Of a DNA stretch of 64,000 nt, positions 13,040-24,859 are shown in pieces (the first letter of the stretch is position 1; each line of letters begins with the position of its first letter). The stretch lies in the NCBI GenBank assembly GCA_028534125.1, contig CM052817.1:98582001-98646000 (forward strand), written 5' to 3'. Source of the DNA: Lama glama (lineage: Eukaryota). The position numbers and the translations under genes were made by a program. The notes beneath the pieces were generated by a model that was not told the DNA's origin, did not search any database, and saw only the letters and a program-made list of their open reading frames with translations.

Positions 13040-13330
13040 TCTATTAAATCACCCCTGGCTTTCCAATGTCCTTGCAATGAAGTCATAACTACATAATTCG
13101 GCTCACAAGACCTGTACCATCTGTCTTCTGCTTACTCTTCCAAAGCCTCATGTTCCCCTTGAACTCTAGCCTCAGCTTCAGTAAACCTCTTCCCATTCTG
13201 GAAGGCACCATGGTCCTCTTGCCTTGGAGCCTGCACACCCACTTTTCTCTGCCTAAACACTCTTGCCAGAAGTACTCTCATCACTTTTGCCTGCCTACCT
13301 CCTTCTCATCTTCTCTCTTTGCCTCATAAA
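13040..13330 (+). mobile_element. L2 fragment
   Basis: Pyrimidine-rich; GGCTCACAAGACCTGTACCATCTG and CTTGCCTTGGAGCC L2 3'-region motifs. Confidence 0.6.
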
Positions 13331-14054
13331 TACATATAGAATTTGTCCATGTCTGATAGAATTAGTATTGCCACCAAGACTTATCTGTCTCAAAACACCT
13401 CCCTTACTAGGACATTCTTGTAAAGATGTAAATACAAATTTTAAGAGACTTGATAAAGAATTATTTTCATGTAATGAATTTAGTGAAGTTAATAATGTGG
13501 TTTGCTTTATGAATAACCCAAGCAGAGAAGAGAGCCCCAAGGTAAGAAATGGAGGCCTGGATAGGGAACCCTCTCAGAGGCCCTGATCATCTGTATAAAG
13601 GGTACCAAAAGAGGGAACACAAATTGCTAATTGTCTGTGATCTCTTTGTTATAGGAGAATGGGAAGATAGGAACTTGTGCTAGAAAGTAAATCAACACAC
13701 TGCTTCCTTCATTGAGAAAGTCTTGCCGCCAAAATAAAAAAAAAGTTAGCTGAATTAAACATATGTTTAGTGACTTTGTATAGCACTGGTTACAGCACAA
13801 TCTGAAAGCCCTAGAAAAAGAACTGAACATAATAAAAAGTATCATAAAAGTAAGAAGCTTACTAAATAAAAACTTTGTGTCTGTCAATTCTATTTAAGGT
13901 CAGGCCTGAAATCATATCAATAACTGTATTCTATGTTTTCCATTGTCTCTGATATTCTACACCTACCTATGATGCTGACTAGGTAAAAAAGAAAAATTCA
14001 GAAAATATGGGTAAAGCATTAACATTATTTTACAATGGAGGAGTTGTACTAGAT

Positions 14055-14292
14055 CACTGGTTCTCAACTGAAGGTGATTTTGCCCCTCAGGTAGCATTTG
14101 GCAATATTAAGGAATTTTGATTGTCACAGCTGGGACCCAGAGGAGGGGTGCAGGGAGATGGGTGACATGGATAGACTACTGGCATTTAGTGGATACTGGT
14201 AAACATCCTATGATGCACAGGACTGCCCACCACACTCTCACAAAGATTTATCCAATCAAAAATGCCAATAGTGCTGAGGCTGAGAAACTCAG
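14055..14292 (+). mobile_element. MER20, full length
   Basis: CACTGGTTCTCAAC...GGTGATTTTGCCCC...AATAGTGCTGAGGCTGAGAAAC; 8-bp hAT-type TSD TACTAGAT/CACTAGAT (14047-14054, 14293-14300). Confidence 0.9.
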
Positions 14293-15659
14293 CACTAGAT
14301 AATCTCTAAAGCCCCTTTTATCCCTAATATTCTGCTTCTTTATTTTGATGTTCACAAGAATTATATTCATTTTAGTGATCTAATGACAAGTGGGCAAAAG
14401 TAACTCCTTTAGCTAATGTCAATTTCTGCAGTGAAAAATATTTAGTCTGTAAGAAATAGCATACTATAATCTCAGTATAAATTTAAAAGTCAAAATGGTT
14501 ATAATGTTCAACAAATTTCTATAACGTTCATCTTTTTTCTAATTGAATAAAAAAAATTAACAAGAGAAAAAAATGCCAGAAACTTCTGCCTAAAATGACT
14601 TATTTTTCTCTATTTGTTTAACACACTAGCTTAAACAGCCAAAAAAACATTCAAGAGACCTCGGTTAAATCAACACCTCTGTATTGATCTCACACAGAGC
14701 CTTAAGCAGGGTTCTATATTCTGGGCTTTCGGTTTCTGTTTGTTTTTACTGGAAAACAGAGATATCACTTGAAGGCTACAACTAAGAATGGCACAAAAAT
14801 AAGAAGGTTTATAGTATTTCTTAAGACTTTCAAACTTTTCTGCAGTTAGAAAAAAAATGCTACCATGAAATCAGTTTTATTCTAACATTCTACATGAGGA
14901 CTCTGCAAATTCTTTAAATTAAATGACTACTCCTTTTAGATACATTTTATATTGTACTACAAAATTTTGATCAAGTTAAAATACTAATTCAAAAGAATAT
15001 TTATCTTACTACATTAAAAATTATTTCCTGGTAATTTCTAATCCTTACTAGATGGTATCATTGTGACTGTAAGATTCATCAGTGCCACTATGTTTTGATG
15101 AAAGACCAAAGATTCTCACAAAGGATGTCAGGCATGCCCCTGGAATTACATCCTTCTATTCGATCTGTTCCAACTTTCTCAGCTGGCACGTGCATACTTG
15201 AAAAGAAAAAAAGAGAAAACCTCAAGTTCCCAGGATGGTCTTTTGTCTTCAGTTCTTTTTGCAAGGAGAAACGATCTTGTCTCTACATCTCCCACTACAG
15301 TTCTGTCGAGTGGTTCCAAAAGCACTTATCCCCAAATACTTGGATATTGCTCTTAAGTGTTCTTGAAAGTCATGAAATCTTTTATGTTCACAGCCATAAA
15401 CAAACAGGGTTTTGTAAGCCTTACATAAATATTAATGACTGCATGCTAAGCATCAGATGCAAAACGGGCAATCAGGATTTTTATTTAAATTTAAAGATGT
15501 AGGATAGAAATGTCAAGTCCATAGGCAGAAACTGAAGACTAGAACTCAAAAGGCAATATGGACAACTGAAAAGGTACCAAAATTAGTAGTGAAACCAAAA
15601 TAAAACAATACGGGCAGACTTGCAAGACAAGTAACCTTGTTTCAAACTATCAATAAAAT

Positions 15660-15872
15660 GGAGTATTTAAGAGCAAAGTCTCTGAAGTTTCAGCTCTGCC
15701 TATGAGATCTGTAACTTAATCTCTGTATGTTTTGATTTCCTTATCAGTAAAACAGAACTTTAAACATATTTACTCCACAGAGTTAGTATCAGTATCAAAT
15801 GAGTCCACATGTTAATGTGTTTGCCCAGTGCCTGACACAGAGCATGCACTTCATGTGCATTGACTATTATTC
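15660..15872 (+). mobile_element. MIR SINE
   Basis: TTTCCTTATCAGTAAAA core; CAGTGCCTGACACAGAG...TATTATT end. Confidence 0.7.
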
Positions 15873-15907
15873 AGAAAAATGATATAGAAATTACTCAAAG
15901 ATCTAGA

Positions 15908-16112
15908 CGAGGGGTTGCAAACTACAGTCTGGCCCACAAGCCAAATCCAGCTAGCCACCTGTTTTTATAGATGGTTTTCTTGGAAGACAGCCATGCCCCA
16001 TTCACTTATGTATTGTCTAGGGCTGTTTTCAGCCTTCGGCAGCAAAGTGGAGTCCTTGTCACAGAGACCATATGGCCTGCAAAGCCTAAAATATTGACTA
16101 CCTAGATCTTTA
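15908..16112 (+). mobile_element. MER58A-like hAT MITE
   Basis: GGGGTTGCAAACTAC...GCCAAATCCAGC...ACAGAGACCATATGGCCTGCAAAGCCTAAAATATT. Confidence 0.85.
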
Positions 16113-16439
16113 CTGTTTTTAAGGATCTGTTGCCCTGCGAGGGGGGAAAAAAAAAGACAATAAACATGCTGATAATCATCAAGAAGCAGAGCCCAAGTCC
16201 CCTCTGCTTACACACGTCCAAAGCTTTTTTGGAAGTTCTTCCCCTAAAGGGTTTTGATTTGAAAGGGGATGAGAGGACCTGGACTGGTGAGGAAAGAGAA
16301 AACAAGCACATCCTACAGGGATGAAAGGGAAAACAGCTTTTCTTCTTCAAATACTGGGTTCTTGCAACTGAAAGCCACTGTCATGGTTGGTGTCTCTTTC
16401 AGGGATTTAAAATAAGACCTTTTTTAAAGTGTTCTGGAG

Positions 16440-16560
16440 AGACTATACAGAGTTGTGGTTAAGAGCATAAACACTGGGGCTAGGCTTCTTGGGTTCAAAT
16501 CCTGACTCTGCCATTAACTGGCTGTGTGACCTTGGAAAATTAATTAATCTCTCTGTAGTT
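16440..16560 (+). mobile_element. MIR 5' half
   Basis: GTGGTTAAGAGC...GGGTTCAAATCCTGACTCTGCCA...GCTGTGTGACCTTGG. Confidence 0.85.
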
Positions 16561-17079
16561 AAACATTAATTAAATTAGTAAAAGCACCTCCTATTTAACA
16601 TTAGTAATTCATTCCTAAAAACTGAATGTTGTATGCACAAATGCTCACCATACTGCACTATTTTAAAAAAAGAAAATTCTTTAAGGGTGTGTCCCACCTC
16701 ACACATCCCACTGGCTACTTACACACATGTATACAACCACTGTGTCCTGACTCCCTGACTCCACGATAACCCATTACGTGTGTGCACCCGTCCTAGCTGG
16801 AGCTTTGAGCACAATACTGTCACCTTCCTTAAAACAAACAAACCAACCAACCCTAAAGCTGTAAAACTGTGTCTATTTATAATTATCAAAGCATCACTCT
16901 AGGATTTAGATGTTCAAAACATCTCTTTCTGATCACTAATCATTAATGTTTATTTTTAAAAAGTTTCTTTGTATGAAGTAACATCTTTTCCATTAGTTGC
17001 TCTTCTCGGTTGTTCTGCTATTTCACTGTTTTCTTCAGCACTTTCTCATTGGACGGTTTTAGGCAAAATAAGGCCTCAA

Positions 17080-17700
17080 CACAAAACGCACTGTGGAAAA
17101 CAAAATGCGTTCGGAACCAGCGCACGACTGCGGGGCAGGTCGCCGCTCTGAGCACCAGGCCGCGAGGCCCGTCATCCAAGACGCCAAACATCTCGGCTTT
17201 TCAAGATGTCCGCTCGCAATTCTGGCTTTCTCTCATTTTGGAATAACCTCAGACTTTTTCTACACATCCGGTTTTATATAATGTATGCAGTATGGGAAAT
17301 GTAAATAGAAATTTTTCCCACATAAACAATGCCTGAGAAGAATGTACACTCTACGAAGTCTCAGTATTAAAAACCAAAGGAAAGCTCCCAAACCACCCCC
17401 TAACCCTCCTCTGACTCAACCGCACGCCCGCCGCTCACCGGTCTCCCGCCCTCGGGTCTCCACAGCGGTTTTGCCTCTTCCTCAGCCTCGGCGCCTTCAC
17501 CTTCCGGTCAGAACAAGCCCCGCCCCCAGCACCGGTTCCACCCTCTCCCACCCAGCCCCGCCCCCAGCAGGCCCCGCCCTCCCCCTCAGCTCCTCAGCCC
17601 CTCAGCCCCTCAGCTCCCTAGGCCGCTTCCCCAGGGGCGGCGACAGAGCGACGACTTGATCAGAGTTCACCAGGCCTTAGCCCTCCACCCACGGCTGAGG
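17080..17700. promoter_or_regulatory. CpG-island promoter with GC boxes and an ETS motif
   Basis: Only extended CpG/GC-rich stretch in the window. Three CCCCGCCC GC boxes at ~17518-17580; CTTCCGG (CCGGAAG on minus, ETS/GABP-type) at 17501-17507. Confidence 0.9.
17439..17520 (-). other. Non-coding first exon of an unidentified minus-strand gene (TSS approximate)
   Basis: Minus strand reads ...GGGAGACCG|GTGAGCGG (donor 17438-17433), just downstream of the GC boxes and ETS site; no ATG in the exon. Confidence 0.7.
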
Positions 17701-19439
17701 CTTCCAGACTTTAGAAAGCTCCTGCAAACGGAGAGTGTCCTCAGGATATAAAGAGTGCTTCTCAAAGGCATAGAGGCCCTCCGCTGCTTTTCAAGAGGGA
17801 CATAGCTACAGATAAAAACAGTGGCCATTTCCAAACCTCGGATGTAGCTGTAGTTCACCAAGATGATGGACAGAGGTCTCCGCAGACTTCAGATGTAGCC
17901 CGCCCTGCTCCAAAGTCTTTGTAAGCCTGCGGCCTCTTAATCTGATGCCCCAGGACTACTAGAAAATGGATGCGAAGAAGTTGATAACTGTTGGAAATAG
18001 CACAGATCTAGATGTCACCTCAATGGCAGAACTTCCCTTCTGGGTTCCCTCTTTTGGCTACGCACTGGCGGGCACCTTCCCTGCTCTGAACTCCCACGGG
18101 CACCACTTGGGGGTCACGCATAAAGTGATGACCAAAGAAACTATTGCAGGAGCAGACTGGTGGTTTCCAGTTCTGTGATGCTCTGTTCTCTGCCTCACCG
18201 ACTCCTCCGTGATCCAGGAGTTGGAGCCCAGGAGAAGCCAGACACCCTTTCTCATTGCTCTAAGGACACAAAGTTTCAACTTTTCAGGGCATATTCTCAA
18301 TCCTACCTCAAACACCCGACCTGCTATGTACTTACACCTGCACAACGGCTGTATCCTGACTCCACGATAACCAGTTACATACAACACTAACCTTTCCTAG
18401 GTGAGTGTCAGTCTTAGCTGGGGCTTTCCGAAGGATGCTATCTCCTAAAAATGAGTTTTAAAAAGTTGAGAATACAGAATTAGATTTGCATATTAAAAGG
18501 CTATATATACATATTTGTTTGTCAGACTTCTGGGGGCCACCATGACCTATATACTATCTGTTATCTATCTAAGGTTAAAACAGAAGTGAGAAAAAAATGT
18601 GTCAGAAAATAATGGAGTCAGACCATCGATGTTGGGGAGTTGGAGTAGGGGAAGGAGGCTGTGCAGCAAAGTGGAAAATATGCTTTGTAGGTTTGGTGGC
18701 AGTCAGGACCTTCAGCAGAAGAAAACACCATGGCCCAGGCAGTTGGGAAACCCTGGGCCATTAGTTTATGGCTCTCACTCTCCAGTCTTTCCTCTTGTGA
18801 GACTCTGAACCTTATCTCCATGAGGAGCCTTATCTTCACTTTCCTCACCACTCCCTGCCACCCTCCCCCAACCATTACCATTGCCCCACTATTGCCACAT
18901 CAATAAACTCAGTGCCAGAACCTGATTAAGTATTAGCCCTTCAGGGCTTAGGGCTGGGATCTGCTAAGTTTCCTTAAATGTTAGGTGCCTACTTGGGTAG
19001 GGAAGGAAATAGAAAAGACTGAATTTACTCCACATTCTCTTTGCCACAATGGTTACATATTGCCAGTTTTGAGAACATTCCCGAACTGTAAGGAAAAGGT
19101 GATATATAACAAAAATTTCTTTTCATTCACAAAGAGCATTTTTCATGAAATATTTACAGTATTTAAAATTTCAATTTCACACAAAATGACTTTTGCTTTT
19201 ACTATGAAAATAAATGCATAATCCAAATTTTCACAGTTCACAACACCCTGAGTATAACAGTAATCTTTTTACAGCAATTTTAGTTGAAGAAAAAGAAATA
19301 ATTATTTGTTTATTAAGTAGTTATGTCTAATCAATTTAATAGATATTTATATACCAAGATGGTAGCCTTTGAAAAAATTATAAACACTAATACAAAGAAG
19401 ACAGGTTTATTTTATTCTTAAATAGCAACAATTATTTTT

Positions 19440-19765
19440 GGGATGTGTGAGCTTTGGGGCACACAAGATTCTCCAATCTTGGAATCAGATTGCACACCAC
19501 CTTCTTTCCCTATTCCATACAGATTTTTACTTATTATATGTTTCCTCAAAGGAACCACTAAAGCTTTGCAAAGATATGGCATTACCAAAAGGAATGTAGC
19601 ACTGCCTCATATTGAAACTATAAAACCTCAAGCTAATAATCTGTGCCATTTCTGACAGATGACGAAGTATCATGTTTCCTTGAATATTGTAAATATCCTT
19701 CAGTTTCCTTGTGAGTTCATTCCAGTGCTTCAGGGTGCCTCAGCACACAGTTTGAGAACCATGGG
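19440..19765. mobile_element. Probable hAT-type DNA transposon remnant
   Basis: Ends in GCACACAGTTTGAGAACCA, a Charlie/MER terminal-type motif; family not identified. Confidence 0.35.
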
Positions 19766-21620
19766 TTTAAATTCTGTCTAATGAGGTATAGTCACATGAC
19801 ACTGTGAACAAATGTATCCGCCAGTAGACTGGGTATGCATGAGAGTGTTTGCAGTTACATTTATGTTTACAACTTTGGCTGCCATGTTGATTACAGAAAC
19901 AATTCTTACACCCTCACAGTAATTTGATGCACTCAGAGCAAAATGTCCATCACATCTTCTATAGATCTGAGATCTTTTTCACTCCTCCAGGTAGGCACAT
20001 TTTCTAGATCCCAGATTTCATTTTGTAACTCTTTCAGTTTACTTAAGGAGAATAGTATCAAGGAAAGATACTATTAATTACTAAATGTAGGATTACTCCT
20101 TGCATATCACTAGAGTGTGGGATTGTTTTGTCATTTGTGCCAATCAATCTGAATTATCAAGTTAAAACAATGGTATGATGTCAAAAATTGATTTTAGAAT
20201 TCTAGTGTAGCTTATTTTGAAGAGAACCATGAAAGAAGCATGAATATATGAACATATTTACTAATTCCGGATTATATACATCCCTGATTCATGTGCAGTT
20301 ATGTGAGGTTGAATGTCTTGTACATAAAAAGGAAAGATCATGTTTATTTTAAACTATAACTCAGAAAATATCATGCCATAGCTCTTTGAGCTCTGATCAC
20401 TCACATACTCAAAAAAATATATTACTGCTTTTCAGAGACACCAAATATATTTAAATTAAACATGTTAACATTATGACTGGATCATTTGCAGCAAATACAA
20501 AGCTAAGTCATAAGTAATTCAAAAAGGTCTAAGTTTCCTGCCTCTGAATTGATCCAAACAACCACAGCTGCATTTTAATGAATAGGACTTAACACAACCA
20601 TGCTAAAAGACTTGTATTTCTTGTCATTCCTCCAAATGATCTTTCAAAGCATTTGCTGGTTGATATTGCAAATACATTTTATATTTATAATTTCACATCA
20701 GGCTTGAACATGATTATTTTTCTGTTTAGTCTCCAATATTACTCTAGCTCACTGGTACTGACTGATTCTTTGAACAAGTAGAGAATCTAATTATGTAATT
20801 TCCATTTTTCTATGTGTAGAAAGATGTGATAGGATTTAATTTGTCTTACTGTATGCAGTTATGAAATCTGACATCAGTAGAATCTATATTTGTAAGCATT
20901 TAACAGAAGGCAGGACAAGGAATGTTTGCTAATATGATCTTTCTCACTGTACCCTCCTTTAAGCCATTTTAAAAAAACTGAATCTTGACCTGGACCTTGT
21001 CAAATATGTAGGTTCTAGAGTATAGAAAGAAAAAGGACCCCCTTTCCAAATCAGGTGAATAGCAAGTGAAAAAAAATGACCAAGGAGAGAATGGCATATC
21101 AGGTGAGAAGATCAGACAGGTTGGAACAGCAACACTAAACCAGCAGGTTGACGAGGAGAGATATTACAAACTCTGGAGTTTGTAACAGAGTGCAAGAGCA
21201 AAACAGACTTACATATTGTTCAGGCAGACTTCAGAACTATAATTAATCCATAGGCAGGTCATAGTGACAAAAGCCTCTGCTACTTACATGAGAGTCAGTG
21301 GGAATTGTGTGTGGTTCTGGGAGACCCATTCATTTACAACAGGAGAAAATTTTAAAGTCTGTAACTAAGACTAAAGGAGGCATAGTTCAACTCTCCCAAG
21401 GTAACAAGAGTGGAAAGAGATATGTAGACTGGAGATCAGAGCAACATTCCTAGTCCTCAAAGGAAACAATGATATGCAAAACAACTGGCTGGTGTAAGGT
21501 GTGGGGTCAAGTTCGAAGCCCAGTCCAAGGTGCAGTGCCATGACTCAAGGGTCATTAAGGAAGTTTAAAGGGCTTGTCTAGGTGCCCCAGATCTTGAGGT
21601 CTGCTAGTCAACAAGACAAT

Positions 21621-21715
21621 TCTTTTTTTTTTTTTAATTTCAGCCTTATTAATGTATAATTGACAAATAAAGTTGTAAGCTATTCAAAGTGTGCATCATG
21701 GTGATTCGATACACT
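21621..21715 (-). mobile_element. Short L1 3' end
   Basis: Poly-T followed by CAGCCTTATTAATGTATAATTGACAAATAAA. Confidence 0.7.
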
Positions 21716-22329
21716 CAAGAAGGTTTAATCTTAAACCCCAACCTGATGAGACACCTACTGGCCACATCAAGTCTGTATAGTATGTGGAACAGCCTTGGGT
21801 CCCACTGACAAATACATCTCTAGGAGTCGGAGAACAGAGACAAGAGAAACAACTCACAGGCACTAAAACAGGCACCAAGTGAGAAATATGCTTGGGGGGC
21901 GGGGGGCATCTCCTGGAGGATTTTGAAAAGCAGGCCAAGAAGTTGGGACTCGATTCAAGATTATGTATGAATAATCCTAAGGGCAATATGGTGCCGTAAT
22001 AACAAGATGGAAGCAGCATCCAACAGGATTACATCAGCGTTTTTTCCACTACCTCACATTTTAATTACTCACTCCTCTAAGTCCATTCCCAGAGCCACAG
22101 TGCCCATGCATAGTCCCTCCTCATATTCTTGTTTGTTCTGTGTCTTCAGAAGCACAGAATTCATTTGACTCAAGGTCCCCAGAGTATCAAAGACGGACCT
22201 CTTTGCTGCAGCTGGCTGCTGCTTTGTATGGGGTGATGCATCAGGGAGCTTGAAAAGTTCAATAATTATGCCCATCACCAGTCTCCTCTCTAAGTATCTG
22301 CCACAACAGATCTGCTAAATAGTCAGTGA

Positions 22330-22730
22330 AAGATTTCTAACTCTGACATTAGCAATGGTGACATCTCTGCCTATGTTAGAGAGAATTCTAGATTTTTTTT
22401 CCCTCCCACATTTCTCCTCCCCAGTCTTCAATCTCTCAGTAAATATCACTTTCCATTTGTTTAACAGGGTATATGGAATATGTGTGGAAGTCTTGACTAC
22501 TCACTCCCTCTAACGTCTCACATGAAATCCATTAGCAAGGTTGGTTGGCTCTTTTTTTTCATATAAAGCTGACCACTTTTCACTACCACTGTCTCTGTCA
22601 CCCTAGTCCAAGATCCGTCATCTCTCACCATCATTCCTGAAATAGCCTGTAACATGACCCCCATGTAACATGTTTCCAATCTTTCCCCCTGTGGTCGACA
22701 CTGCTGGCCATCTATACAATATCCAGTCTG
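22330..22730 (+). mobile_element. L2 fragment (continues ~23440-23520)
   Basis: ATCTCTCAGTAAAT, TCTTGACTACTCACTCCCTCT, CCCTAGTCCAAG L2 motifs. Confidence 0.6.
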
Positions 22731-22769
22731 CCCTTCTTTCTTACTAATGGACCCCTGATTTTATTCAGG

Positions 22770-23360
22770 AATACAGAGTAAGAAGCTCAATCTACACCTT
22801 CTGAGCTCCCCCTTGCAGCTAAAGATAGCCATTTGACCCTGTTCTGGCCAAAGAGAAATAATCATAATCTTGAGCAGAGAGCTTCCAAAAGAGCTTTTCA
22901 GAAACAACAGACCAATAGCCACACTTTGCTCTCCTTCTACTTCCTTCCAGGAATGTGATCGTGATATCAAAAGTGAAACAGCTGAGGGGGGAGGGTATAG
23001 CTCAGTGGTAGAGTTCATACCTAGCATGCGCAAGGTCCTAGGTTCAATCCGCAGCACCTGCATTAAAAATAAATAAATAAATAAAAACCTAATTACGTCC
23101 TCTTCCACAAGGGGAGAGAAAAAAAGTGAAATAGCTGTATTGCGACCAAAAGAGAAACACGAGAGACACCACATGCTAAAGGTGGTGCACAGGAAAGTGG
23201 AAGATGCCTGGATTCTTGACAATATCACTGAACCCAAAGAGGATGGAAAACCTGTTCTCAGTGTTCTGATTATGTGAGACAAAGAAAACTCTGGCTTGTT
23301 TTAGGCACTGTTTGTAGAGTTCTCTGCTGTTTTCCGCTGAAAGCATTCTTAATAGATAAA
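22770..23360 (+). mobile_element. MaLR LTR (MLT1-type) interrupted by a SINE
   Basis: CCTTGCAGCTA...CCATTTGACCCTGTTCTGGCCAA; CTTGTTTTAGGCACTG; GCTGAAAGCATTCTTAATAGATA terminus. Confidence 0.7.
22985..23121 (+). mobile_element. tRNA-derived camelid-type SINE (Vic-1-like)
   Basis: GGGGAGGGTATAGCTCAGTGGTAGAG (A box), GGTTCAATCC (B box), AATAAATAAA...CCTAATTAC tail; TSD AAAAGTGAAA(C/T)AGCTG at 22969-22984 and 23122-23137. Confidence 0.9.
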
Positions 23361-24859
23361 ACCCCTTTTTGTTCAGGCTTCCAGGTAATGGCCAACATGA
23401 GCTTTGCAAAGATTGGCTTCCCATCAAACCCAGAAAAAATTCCAAACTCTTTACGTGGCCTGAAAGGTCCTGTAAGGTCTGGCCCCTGCCTATCTTTCTG
23501 ACTTTTCCTCTATCAGTCCTTTTTTTGGTACACTAACCTTTCTGCCACTAAGACAATGTGTGTTGTTTTGAAGTAAAGGAGGATAGTATAAGAACAGAAC
23601 CTACACTTTTCTTCTTTAAGTAGCCTACATTCATCTCTCAAAGGACTAACACATTCCTTGCTGCCTTATTTACATTTCAATTGTCTTGGTGCCAATTTAT
23701 GCTTTCCTCACCCACACTGGGTGAGACCAGGAGTTAGAGAGGACCGTCGAGTCACCACCTAATCTTCTTTCCCCAGTCCCTCCATTCCTACAACTTTCCT
23801 CTCCATCTTTACTACAGGTACTGCTGGGTCACCCTATTGGGGAGACTCTTAAAAAGCTATCCACCTGGAATGCAAAATGCCTATATCTGGTCCCTTAATC
23901 TCATTATTAGATAAATTGCTTATTCAACTTTTCAGCTTCTAATCTGGATTTGTCCCCAAAATGTCTAAAATGGCACTCAAGACAGATGATACAGCTCCTA
24001 AATATATGAAGATTTCTCCTCACCAGCCTGCTAAGGCTACTCATAAAATTTACATCTCTAAGTTGGATTGATCATGCTGCTGAGATTGTACCTTCAATAA
24101 TCCTGTGAGTTTATTAAACAATGTAGGGTTCATCTGAGGGACTTTATTATGATACATGGTGAGTCTTACAAATTTTAAGGAGCATAGCACAATTCTGATT
24201 AAGAATCTCAAAATCTTTGGCTTCAAAATAGGTTTAAAGCATATGAATCCCAAGAACTAGATCATCTGAGATCAAACTCTTCAGTCCTCTTCCCAGTCAT
24301 TTTGCATAAAAGGCTTCTCAAATCCAAGGTGGAAGGTGAAGTCAATATCACAGTGGACTCGTCATCAAGTGGCCATGCGTGCTTTCTTTTTTGTACAGCT
24401 TCTTGTCAACTGAACAGCCCCCTCACTGTCCAAAGGCACATTAGAGTAGCAGTAGGAAAGAAACAATCAGGTCTTCAGTATTCCTCCACGGGGGTTAAAA
24501 GTATTCTCACTAACCTAACCATGAATTATGCAACTACAATAGCAAAACAAAAGGTGAACCAGCATGCAAGCAGAATATTAACCAGGAGCTGGAAACTGTG
24601 GTACTCCAAGTTTTCTAAAAATATTTTAATTCCTTTCTAAAAACATATGCATCTCTTTTTAAAGCCATTATCTAAGCCACATGGACGCTTGAATGTACAA
24701 AATAGAAAATTTTAAACACATCAAAGATCTTTGATTGATTAACTAACTACTGCCTAGTTCATTCATTTTACTTACACCTTAGACCATAGCTTCTCCCCTC
24801 TCCCCCCACCTTTCTAGGCATATAGTATAGTATTTATTTTAAATATGGAACTTACAGTT

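Noticed and set aside
17342..17659. Pro-rich 105-aa ORF
   Set aside because: Compositional artefact of the C-rich CpG-island strand, antisense to exon 1.
22986..23062. tRNA-like sequences (also at 39280, 46430, 48430)
   Set aside because: A/B boxes belong to SINE heads with A tails and TSDs; not tRNA genes.
22761..23282. 173-aa ORF
   Set aside because: Reads through an MLT1 LTR and an antisense SINE (VLRIEPR..L..L...STTELY is the antisense SINE translation, also seen in the 39117 ORF).
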